Source: Ramazzottius varieornatus (lineage: Eukaryota > Animalia > Tardigrada). Taken from it: a stretch of 64,000 nucleotides of DNA. The stretch covers positions 2,477,826-2,541,825 of the forward strand of contig BDGG01000002.1 in the NCBI GenBank assembly GCA_001949185.1, written 5' to 3'. The translations under genes were made by a program, and so were the position numbers. Below, piece by piece: positions 53,601 to 64,000 of the stretch. The number at the start of each line of letters is the position of its first letter. Positions within the stretch are counted from its first letter, which is position 1. A model generated the notes under the pieces. The model searched no databases. It saw only the letters and a list, made by a program, of their open reading frames with translations, and was not told the DNA's origin.

Positions 53601-55848
53601 GCCTGAACCAATTTTTTGGCTGATAGTTTGACCATTGAGTCTGATGTAGATCGAAGAAAAGATTACGTTACTGCGTCATCAGTGTTGGTTTCTTACGTCG
53701 CTTCCATGTCCTTTAGTTTCTTCCAGGATCGTCGGGGGATTTAGCTACCTAGCTCAGATGATAGAGGAGACTCGTCTATCGTTTTGCCGGAACGGTTTAG
53801 CAATCCAATGATCGGGACAGGCATAATCCCCTTGGTAGATGGCAAAGATATTGAATGCACGTCTCCCTCTGTGAATACTGAAACTTCACCGTTTCTCATA
53901 CGATAGGATATGGTATTGCAATTTTTTCTTGTTCGATCTCGAATGTTTAATGAGAAGCAGGTATGGCAGAAGGCTCGGCTGAGCTAAACGAACTCGTTAG
54001 CCATTTTTAGCAGCGGCTAAAACTTTTTTAGCCGACTTGACATCAATAAATCGACCGAACGCACAACACATTTTAGACGTGGCTAAATTACTTTTAGCCG
54101 CGGCTAAGAACGGCTAAGAACAGCTAAAACGGCTCATTTTCGCTTCGCCGAGCCTACTACAGCAGGTATTGGCGCTGGAGAAAGGCTTGTTTTCCTGCAA
54201 CGTTTCTGGGATGCGCCCATTGCGGATATCCTTTACCAAGACATGCGGATAGCGCTATGGTCCCAAGGGACAATCACGTGAATCGCCCAGGAATAGGCTT
54301 TCCTGTACAACTAAGGACCTACGTGGAGATGAAAGGAATGTTCCAACCACTAGCGAGCTGGTTAAGTAGTCCAGCTTCGAAACATTCTGCAACACAGAGT
54401 GTTTTGATAATAGAGAGGTTGATACTTGCGTGGTTTAGTTTACTGTTTTGAATCAGCACAGCAATCAGACTCCGCCCACCAGCTACACTAAACACGCAGA
54501 GGTTGCGACCCGTTATGCCAGGCTCGGATTAGCGTAGTGCAACGTACGTACAAAAGCAGGCGCGAAACAGCAGCTGAAGAGACAGTTAAAGCTCTGTACA
54601 CAAAGCTACAGTTAAAGTCAGAGTGTGTGAAGTCGAACCACTAGAAGACTGCGGAAAAAAAGCTACAGTTCATAGCAAATAAAGAAAATGGCCAACGCTA
54701 CAGTTAAACCTACAGTCGTATAGACGAGCATTTCTTACAAAGCCACAGTTAAAGGCACCGTCAAATGTAGCTCTGCGAGCACGTCCAGTAAGCTGACAAC
54801 GACGGTAGGTTTAACTGTAGTTTTAATCACAGACTGAAGTATTTTGAAAACTGCAGTCACAGCTGTAGTCTTGACGCTATATTGTACATCGGAAAGAAAA
54901 GCGCTTTTGTCTTCCGAATTCTGCTTGCGAACCGTGTCCAAAGCTGCTAGCCACGAATCTTGCAACGCGGCGTTGAATTCCGTGCTGATTTTCTAGTCAG
55001 CTATGGTTCTGTGTTTAATGCACGAGTTGTCTACTATGGCCGGGTCGATAAAACGATCGTGACAACAAGCAAAAAGAAATTTTCCAGTGAGACTGGGACT
55101 GTGAGGTAGAAACTCGAAACTTGCCAGTTGGAAAAACTCAAAAGATGCCGTAAAGCAGACGACAGGCAAAGTTTACGGATTCAAGTAGCCTCATGGCTGC
55201 TACATAGTAGTCAATGCCCACGGTGGAACATGAGTAGGCCACTAACCACTTTTTACTAAACAGGGCTTAGTGGGCTGTACGCGCTAAGCACCGATCGGGA
55301 ATTTGCATAGCATAGTGGGTTCAGTGCGTTCAGGTCCGCCTCCATCACCTGATCTGATTGGCTGACCACTGTGCTAATCCGACTTACTAAACTAAACAAG
55401 GCTAGTATCAACCTCTGGAATATGTTGTTTCTGATTTTACTGTAGATACTAGGCACAGGCAAATACAAGGAACTCGATACTTACGAGGACCAATGACTGC
55501 CGTCAAATCAGCTGGCTGCTGCTCCGTATAGTACCATTTGGACATGACGAGGCTGGTTGTGTCCGCGTACTGGAAACAGTCGGTCGACAAAAGGTCTGCG
55601 AGAACGATATGGTTCAACTGGAATCTTTTCCCGTATTTGGTTTGCATATCGGAGACTGCTAATTGCAGTGCTGGAAGGTTGTAAGTTAAAGATGAAAGGA
55701 ATTTTGAGCTGTGGAACCCGGCAGTGACAATGTTGATTACCAAAATGGCTGGCTCGAAGCTGTGTGCTTGTGAAACTCGCCATAGCAAGAAGACTAAAAC
55801 TGGAATCGTACTAAAACCACGGTTCTGAGCAAAACCAAAGATATGCAT
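50664..55848 (-). CDS. Single-pass receptor with an NPR/receptor-guanylyl-cyclase (ANF_receptor) ectodomain and a short tail, 10 exons
   Basis: Signal peptide; PALQLAV...AVIGP|QC...LASGWNIPFIST|..RQLSPTWLS...YFNWTTIFSV...SR|ILLFFG...AEY|VYIAVE...W...DSFDQ|IAKSAYEAV...FFNRTF...FFDANG...WTRGGQPPPNEPFCGFDG...C; TM VMIFAVIVGPVLVY; tail ...WWILDEDL...SSVFV*. All junctions are GT-AG and in phase. Confidence 0.85.
53077..53834. mobile_element. Non-autonomous long-TIR element (family B, second copy) in receptor intron 2
   Basis: TIRs are homologous to those of 40622-41320 (caaggggattat.cctgtcc...ctgagctaggtagctaaatc...gatcctgg). It lies 17 bp from the splice acceptor at 53058-53059. Confidence 0.85.
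53971..54155. mobile_element. MITE (family C, AGGCTCGGC termini)
   Basis: aggctcggc...gccgagcct ends with internal TTAGCC/GGCTAA repeats. The same termini occur at 58877-59014. Confidence 0.65.
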
Positions 55849-57682
55849 CGTCGTACGCGTCCAGTATCATCCCAGTCAGTGACAAGATAAGCCGCAGTAT
55901 CTGGACCAGAGGTAGGAGCTACCAACAGAGCGGTGTTTTAGTTGTCAAAATAGCATTGACCTTGATCTCAAGAGCTGGTACGTGGTACTCTGGAACTGCC
56001 GACTGACGATACCATGCCGTCTGCCACACCTTCCAATTAAGTCTGCGAAACCGGCCTCCATAACAAGCACGCGAACAGCACATCAATATCCTAGTTATTA
56101 GACACGCTGAGCGTGTTTGAGATCGGACGTCTCCATGCAGTCAGTAGGTGTCCAGGTCACATCAGTACAAGCAATCCACCGAAAGATCGTGGTTTAAGGA
56201 TTCCCCGGGTTATGGTGCTGCATGATTCAGCATGAAGAGAACCTACGGCCAATAATAAAATTGCCAATGGTGGTTCAACATACATTCGATGCTGGGTTCA
56301 CGCTCAGTCCGGGCTTTGCGCCACTATTGGTGGAAAACAGCAGTTAACACCTGCAACACCATGGGATCGAAACGATCCCAAAACCACACTCTCCATCAAA
56401 CCATTGTTTCTTCACGAACCATTCCGCGTTTTTTTGCTTTGCCCGAAAAAATTCCTCGCCTATGCGGTGAACTTGAAAGGAACGCTGTCAGGTTAAAACA
56501 AAACTTTTGAAGACAGGAAGTCTGACCAGTGGTGGTTTCGTGGATTAAATGTCCGAATTCTCTATGACTTTAGTCAGATGGTGGATCTCTCCAGAAATAA
56601 ATACAAGGGTGGAGGGATAGCTCCGCTCTTACATGCCGTGACCAGGGTTGTTCAGCCAACTCTGCTGACCACTTGAAAAATTCTAAACTGTCGAGGACAC
56701 AGGCAGGGTTAACCGATAAAGCGGCGCATGTTGGGTCCACCCCGTTCTACGTCAATTAAACGGAAAGCCGTTATTGGCTAACTGGAGTACCGCCCATAGA
56801 TTTGAACGAGTCAAAAACACTGAGATCGTGTCAGTTCTATGGTTCAATACTGACACGAAACACATGGTGCTGCAGGTGTTAATCGTACGGCGCTCTGTTA
56901 GTACACATGCGAAGGAAAATTGTGAGACATGCCTTTTCGCTACGGAGGTACGGAAGCACGAACTTACGCGACCGATTTATAATAAGACACTTTTCGACAC
57001 TTGTCTATGGTCGAATTTCCATTTCTCCGTCCTTCCCGCCTGTTCCGTAATTTTTAGTGTCTCATAATTTCCCAACGTGCATGTACACTGAGGCCCATAA
57101 GTGACCGATCACCGCACATCTCAGCAAAAAGTTCGCATTTTCACTCTCATTCATCCGATTTGGTTTTGGTACGATTACAGAGATCGATGTTTCTTCTCTC
57201 GGATCATGTGAATTTCTTTCAGATCAATCCACAAATCGACTGATGATGGTTCAACGAAAAATCTTGATAACTGACTTGCCTTTGGCGTCATGTCACGGTG
57301 TCTGTGGTAAAATTCCGTTCCGTTCCTATTTTCCGCTTTTCCGGAATTCCAATACGGCAGTTCAAGAAGCAACAAACCTGGTTTGGAAGCTCGGTTTGGT
57401 CCCGTTTGACAAGCTCAGCAAGATCGTTTTCAAGTGGCTACCCAGTTACACTAATAACGTACGCCACTTGGAGATCAATTTTGTCGAGTGTTTTTGCCGT
57501 GCTTCTATGCAGTAAACAAAACTGACACCGAAACTCGACCGACTGGCGCAAAAACTGGGACTTCCGCTGTGGAAAACGGGATTCTAACAAGCCGAATTCC
57601 GACCGGAAAAGTTTTCGGAGCTAGTCTTAAGTCTCTGTTTGCGTTGGGGCCATGTTTAGGAGGCCCGAAGCTTGGACACGCT

Positions 57683-58869
57683 TCTTGAGCGGGCCATTTG
57701 ATAGACTCAGTGCGACCGAATTGCGCATAAATTGCGGTCACAAGTGGCGAAACGCATGTCAGCTGCACGACAAGTTAAGGCTTAAGTTGTGGATAACCAT
57801 TATGTCAGCTGGCACTGTTTTGTATCCCAAAACCATTATGATGACGAATACCAAAGCAGCAAAATGTGAAATAGTCGATAAAGTTTAGTTCAAGGCGCTC
57901 TGAAGGAATGGTGCATCCAAACGCCTTTGGACTAGTTTTTCGTTTTGACCAACTTTCCGATTGACTAACCTTCTGATTGAATAACTTTTCTGCAAACTAA
58001 CTTTTGCGTCGCAAGACGTATTTTATTACTGTAACGCTTCATGAACTTCGCGAAGCACGTCATCACACGCGTTCAGTTGAGCCCCAGTCCGAAAATTTTG
58101 CCTTACCAATCCCCAAAGGGGTGTTTCGCGCGTGGGGTTACGTACTTCGCGAACTTCATGAAGTATTACAATAAGTGCTTTGCTGGCTTTCCATTGGTGT
58201 TCCCACGACCGTTGTTTTGTTACCGAGCCCACATTCCTTCAAAACGCCCTAAACTAAAACTTTTTCCGACTATTTCATTCGTTTATGGCGCATTTTACTG
58301 CTGTGGTAATCGTCATCATAATAGTGAGTATTCGTCCTGCACTGACGATCACGATTACGATACGATCGCGATAGAATTTGCATCGTCTTCGCAATCGCAA
58401 AGTGCTTTGGCTACGATCCCGAAACGACTCTGAAACGATAGGCTTCGCTCCTGCTGAATTTAATTTTGAGTGGCTCAGGCAGTTTAGTCGTTCCAGGAAG
58501 GTATCAAATAGAAGAGGAATGATTTTTCTACATTGTGATATAAAGTTTGACCATGTGGGTGGTCTGGAAGAGAACCGATGAGCATCCAAAGCTCATGACG
58601 ATACTTGGGCAAAGTATCGTCATACGATAACAATACGATTGCAATAGAGGCACTCTCCTCCCATTTATGATGACGCGGAGGAGCCATCGTAAATGTATCG
58701 CGATCTTCAGCACCGAACGAATAGACACACAAAACAGTACGAGCTGACAAACTGGTTTTCCGCAACTTAGGCTTTGACTTGCCGTACAGCTGACATGCGT
58801 TTCGCCACTTGTGACTGCAATTTATGCGCGACCCAGTCGCACTGACTGGATCAAATGATTCGCCCAAGA
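57683..58869. mobile_element. Non-autonomous element with ~135-bp TIRs and a nested MITE
   Basis: 57683-57822 is an inverted, diverged copy of 58729-58869; both ORF tracks give RINC.HKWRNACQL. A family-A MITE is nested at 58029-58171. Confidence 0.8.
58029..58171. mobile_element. MITE (family A)
   Basis: TA|ctgtaacgcttcatgaacttcgcgaag ... cttcgcgaacttcatgaagtattacaa|TA. Confidence 0.72.
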
Positions 58870-58876
58870 GTAGAGA

Positions 58877-59014
58877 AGGCTCGGCGAAACGAGGGCAGAA
58901 ATGTACGCCGCTCGCGCCGATAAACGCATTGCGCGTTCGGCAGATTGATTGATCAAAACTGCTTTCGCCACGGCGAAGAACGACGAAAGTCCTTATTTTC
59001 GTTCTGCCGAGCCT
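58877..59014. mobile_element. MITE (family C)
   Basis: aggctcggcgaaacga ... tcgttctgccgagcct. Confidence 0.6.
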
Positions 59015-59757
59015 TATCCACTCAAGTTTCGGGCCCCGTGAACACGGCCCAATCAGAGTTTTACCACCTGTTCCGAAAAATTCCGAACCTCGAGCCTTTG
59101 AGCTGCATCACTGTGACTACCCCGTGTCCACTGTCGCCCTTTACGGCAGCGCCAACTGTGTGCTGGCCCGACAGCGACGCCACCTGTAGGCGGACGCAAT
59201 GCCGCCAACATTGGCTGCCAACGGCAGAATTTTTGCAGCGTAGAGGTTAATGACCAGTTCCGGTGCAGAAGGGTCCTCGTCAAAGCTGAAAAAGCTTTGG
59301 CGCTCACAGTCAGCATCCTTTTCCGTAAATAATCAGCCACCAGCCGGCTACCAACTCATTAGTGACAAACGTCATTGGAACACCAGCTTTACGGTCCGAG
59401 ATGTCTGCTCGCGTATGATTTGCTGGACTTCGTTTGGGAAACTGAGGATAATGAGAATGGAGTCCTGCAGAGACCGTACGTAAGACGTGTCTGTACATGG
59501 AGGTACTTGTTATGCACAGAAAGAAAGTTATTGACTAGTAAAGTGATACAGAGTAAAAAAAACAAGGAAGCCAGTCTGTATCAGCTATTTGTGGCAGCCT
59601 CAAGAGCTGCACATGCATTAATCATCGAACACATCTTTGAGCTCGTCGTTCTCCCAATTAGGAAGTGGCGGACGTTGACTTGGAGCTTCCCCATCAGATC
59701 ACTGAAGTTTGCTTCTTCTTTCAAAGTTGAGACATTGGATGTCGGTGGAGGGAACAC

Positions 59758-61137
59758 TTAGTATCCAGTGCCTTTCAAATAATCGGCAAGCTTCTCGCAA
59801 ACGGCGGCACAATTTCCAGGCTGGATGGCCTCGTCGTAGTAACATATGATCACAGCTGCAACAATACAAGTGATGAAATATGATATGCTGACGTTGGTCA
59901 TGCACGGTATACAACCTTGACAGGACGAGAAGCAACCTCTACATTGAGTTTCATTTCCACCAGTTACTCTTGAACTATACTTGACCAAGTCAATTGATTA
60001 TATCCCTGCTGGTTTCTCTGGTACTCAAAGAAAAGAACATGGGCAAAATAATTCGAGCCACATCGTTTTCGCAAGTGGCGCACGCTCCTAGCTATCAAAA
60101 TTGAATTTAGGAATGATCTGTCGTGCTTCCAAGTGGCCCATGCTCTTAGCTAGCAACGATGAGAACTTGCGCCACTTGAGATAAAAAACTTGTCCTGCTC
60201 ATCTGCCGAGGCCTCAAATTCTTTTCTAATATATCTAGAAAAATGAGAACATATGCATTTTTTATAAGTTGCAGATTTTGAATGGAGAAAGTACTTGGTC
60301 GGTTCTGGTTCAAGTACCTTGGTTAGTTTTGACGATATGGACGCCGGCTGAGCCGAGCTTGCCCCGTATACGGTAGTCTTCGACGGCGGTTGTGATATAT
60401 TTAGTTCCCTCCAAATGGAGTCCGCTCTGGTAGAGCGCATCTGGTGAAGTGAAGGCAGCGACTAGCTTCTTGACTTCTGCCGGTGTAACCTACACAAACA
60501 CGCGCAGAGTTAACACTATGGTACACAGAGAGAGTGATGCGCGTTACGTCATCCCGCTGACTCAGCTGTGGGTCGCAACCGCACACGCTTGCGCATCCCT
60601 CACAAGAACAAGAAAAACAAGCAATATGACGAAGAAGAAGCTTAGTTTGCTTCCGGAAATATCCCAGAAGTCGCTTACGTTAAAGTTGCCGGATTTGGCC
60701 CATACTGTCCCGTCCATGCCGCAGATCGCTGCTTTCCGTACTTGTCCCGTACCCACCAAGTGTACATCTGCAACGGAAAACACCTCAAGTTTAGCAGACC
60801 AAAACGGTCACAATCCAGATCCACACAAATTCCATCGAGAATGTTTGTTAAGAATTTGTTAAAATTTTGAAGGGTTTGAATTTGAATTGATCGAGTCACA
60901 CCGTACTTTGAATCAGAAGCAAACATGTTCATTCTGGCTCTGTATTTAAGGATGGTAGTTTTTAAAGAAAAACCGCTTTTCCGCACAGAAACAGTCAGTC
61001 ATAGTTCGAAATCGCGCTGTAGTGGTTACGGTCCAACGCTCGCACTTCAACAAGTTTGCCGGTAGACGCTAAACAAACACGAGTCTTTGTGCTCAAAAAC
61101 AACTTGGCTTACCGATATAACTTTGCCATCCCGCCAT
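59758..61137 (-). CDS. chic: Profilin, 4 exons
   Basis: MAGWQSYI|DVHLVGTGQVRKAAICGMDGTVWAKSGNFN|VTPAEVKKLVAAF...GLHLEGTKY...IRGKLGSAGVHIVKTNQ|AVIICYYDEAIQPGNCAAVCEKLADYLKGTGY*. Confidence 0.96.
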
Positions 61138-61794
61138 TGTTCAAGAAGGAAAAGGGAAACTGGGCGATGAACAAGCGAAGCGGTAGGCTCGACAGGGAAT
61201 CCGGAAGTAAAAGAAACTGTTGAATTGGAAATTATGCAGAAGTTGAGCGTGGGTCAACGTATAAGCAGCAAAGACAAAGAGACACTCGTCAACATTTAGC
61301 GTTCGTAAAGTTTACAAAGCTTTTGCAGCCACTTGCTCGCGCTTCACTGCTGTTTCAAATACTATGGTTAACACAGTGGCTAGGTTCTCACAAAGACTGG
61401 TATGCTTCAGTGTAAGAGTATTCCGGTACGCGGTGAAGGAGGAGCCAGTAGACTCATGATGATGAAGCGCTCGAGACAACAAGTTGGAAGATACATGCGA
61501 TATGTAGCGTAGTATTCACCACCATGCAAGTTCCCCATCGTCCGTCGCTGACATGGAGATCTCTGACTCACACCTGATGAATCTTCAGCGTTCGCGCACA
61601 TTCGACTCGACGAACTCCGCATACAGTACTTCTTTCAAATGTGCGCTGTGACATCACAACCAACCACCATGGACCAAGAAAATCGAAAATCCAACCTGAG
61701 CACCTGATCTGACGGAGAAATGCCGAGACTGCGTGAAAGAATTACGGCATATGGGCACCCGCCAGCTTGACAAATAGTGTAGTGCTACCCATGG

Positions 61795-62029
61795 TTTCTC
61801 GGTAAAGACAGATATAATCCAAATGTGTGACAATGAGCCAAACCGTTGAGGTTCGGCTAGGCCGATGACGCAAGAGTCATTCCGACGTTTGGCTGATTGA
61901 GCTGATTCGAAGTCGAAACTCAGTCAATCCGGCTTACGTTATGTCATTCGCTATCGTACTTTGCCTGGACCCGAAACATGTCGTCATCGGCAGATCATAC
62001 TTATACGATCAGCTGTCCTTACCGAGAAA
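61795..62029. mobile_element. MITE-like inverted-repeat element
   Basis: tttctcggtaaagacag / ctgtccttaccgagaaa termini plus an inner inverted pair gccgatgacg / cgtcatcggc. Confidence 0.55.
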
Positions 62030-64000
62030 TATATATTGCGCTGGGCGCCGCTGGTGCTACCAGTTTGACTTAACGCCCACCAGACCACTTGAACAGTAGT
62101 AATGCCCGATTGGGGGCTCAGACACGCTGCACTGTCACCAGCTGATTAAGATGGTCAGAGGTGATTCATGCCGTGGTTAAATGAGTAGCAATACAGTAAA
62201 TTCCTATTCCTCGCTGTCCGACAAAGGCGCCATCTGCGGGAGCACCTGAGTCTCCACCGGACAAATCGCTGAGAGCTTCCACCTGAAACCTTTCTGTGCA
62301 AAACGGGATGGAACGGGCTGGCAGCTCGTTAAGTCATAAGGTACGAAATACTATTCGAAACCATTTTGGGTGCGAGGAAGGAGGATTACATCCGTAGTTT
62401 CGAATTCAAAAGCATTCAGATGGATATGGTACCGGTGCATCGATCGCTACATGGTTCGCGAGAAAACTGTGGAACGCAAGCTTCCTATTCATCCCATGGC
62501 CGAACAAATAGGATCCGACGATAAAGTTCGGAGCGTAAACTGACTACAATATCATCCAGTGATGGGACAGTGGTGCAGCTTGAAGGCTTAACGGGTAGGC
62601 AAATTTTGTCGAGTCGGGTGGCAGGATTTCTGTCGGGTAAACTTTAGGGGGCTCTATAAATGGGCGCACCTTCTCGCATGCGCTATCAAATCGGATCAGT
62701 GCCAGCCAATGGTAGACAGCTTATAGGAATAAGCCTTCAAAGGCATGCCAGCTGTGTTGGAACTTGAAGCAACAATATCTGCAAAGCTTTCCTGACAACT
62801 AACAGTTTTTCAAGGCTGCAGACGGTTTCATTGGCGAATAATGAAGTGACAGCAAGCTTCAGGGTAGAATATGAGTAAGTGTTGGTATACGGTGTATCGA
62901 GACAAATTGTCCTTATCATATCTTGGCCCACGAAAAGTCCGGTGGGCTATGCATCTTTCAGGGCCTTCACTGGCGCTTTGACCATATTGCCAGATAACCG
63001 TCATACCATACCAACATTCCTTCTAACGCGGCCTATTTTACCAACAACCAAGTCTAAAGACTTTTTTTCCATCACTTTACCCGTCAGTGAAACCAGCTGT
63101 GGAACAAAAACGCTGCCGAGTGTCGCTTAAGCTTTCTGGTAACTGATACACGAACGTACGAGTCTACAGGAGATCAGATTAAAAGCATTTTACCCTATTG
63201 AAAAAAAGGTCAGAAAGTTCGCAGCATACTAGAATCGTATGCATAACAGGTCTGATTATGAAACAGTGTTTCGGTCGGAATATAGTCGGATAGTAGGTGG
63301 AAACTAGATGGAAGCAGACTAAAATCAGCACACCTTGGGGGCTATGGCGTCTGCTCTAAAGGCCATCTATATAGCTGACCTGCAGTACTCGGGACCCAGA
63401 GTCGTGGAGTGATTGCTTATGCATGTGTTCCATCCTTTTTCTGCAAGATATATATGCATATGCTGCGTTTATCAAACTTTGCGCTAACTCCTCTAACGAA
63501 TCTTTGAACGAACGATCACCGATAAATGACCAGTCCGGCTATACTGCGAACAGAAAATTTGAAAGTTGGACAACAGCACCGAATCGAACTGGTCGAACCC
63601 GAACTTCCTGGTGAGCCGTTCAAACGCCCATTTGTACAATTTGCGAGCAAGATTACATCCGTCACTTAGCATGCTCGACTGGTTGGATTCAAGAAACTCG
63701 CTAATAACCTACAAGTTCTCAAACAACAGCCTGACGGATGTTGTATTGTCAATTACAACAGACGTTGAGTTTGCAAAGATTCAGGTCACGTAAGCGGTAA
63801 TCATCAACATAGCGTAGGCCGCCGTCAAATGGAAGTTCTACGGTGGAAACATGCTGTCGTTACCGAAAAATGATAATAATGTAGCAGACGTTTGAGAACA
63901 CTTCCCACGATGTCTGGTGTGTAAGTGGTGTTGAATTTTTCCCGGGATGCGTTACACCATCTTATAGTCCATCTTTCTCGTAGGATGTATTTGACTCTAC

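Noticed and set aside
54451-54989. Element with CTACAGTT repeats and weak inverted ends
   Set aside because: It is probably an old MITE, but there is no TSD and the ends are too degenerate to call.
59053-59340. ORF starting ADYLRK as an alternative profilin last exon
   Set aside because: There is an in-frame stop just upstream, and the nearest acceptor gives the wrong phase. The similarity is only 4 residues.

Overview
Compact, intron-rich animal genomic DNA. A tardigrade (Ramazzottius-like) origin is my inference from the short introns and the lineage-expanded receptor types, not something I can verify. Apparently intact host genes: KCMF1 E3 ligase (+), mitochondrial Hsp70/mortalin (+), a GAF-GAF cGMP phosphodiesterase resembling invertebrate Pde6 (+), an orphan class-A GPCR (+), a natriuretic-peptide-receptor/receptor-guanylyl-cyclase-type ectodomain receptor with no kinase-homology or cyclase domain (-), and profilin (-). 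Also present are a decayed tandem paralog of that receptor, an intronless TKL pseudokinase, and a 2-exon, 83-aa neuropeptide-like precursor that the ORF track does not assemble. Mobile DNA includes a LINE 3' end, a deleted pogo/Tigger element, a full-length hAT element (8-bp TSD), many MITEs, and an 8.8-kb Mutator-like element (9-bp TSD). The Mutator element is the most unusual system. It carries a SWIM transposase and a convergent multi-exon second gene with an MRG15/MSL3-type chromo-barrel domain, and a shared ~24-bp repeat fills most of its introns. This recalls plant MuDR (mudrA/mudrB) and VANDAL/VANC anti-silencing elements. All exon structures were assembled by hand.
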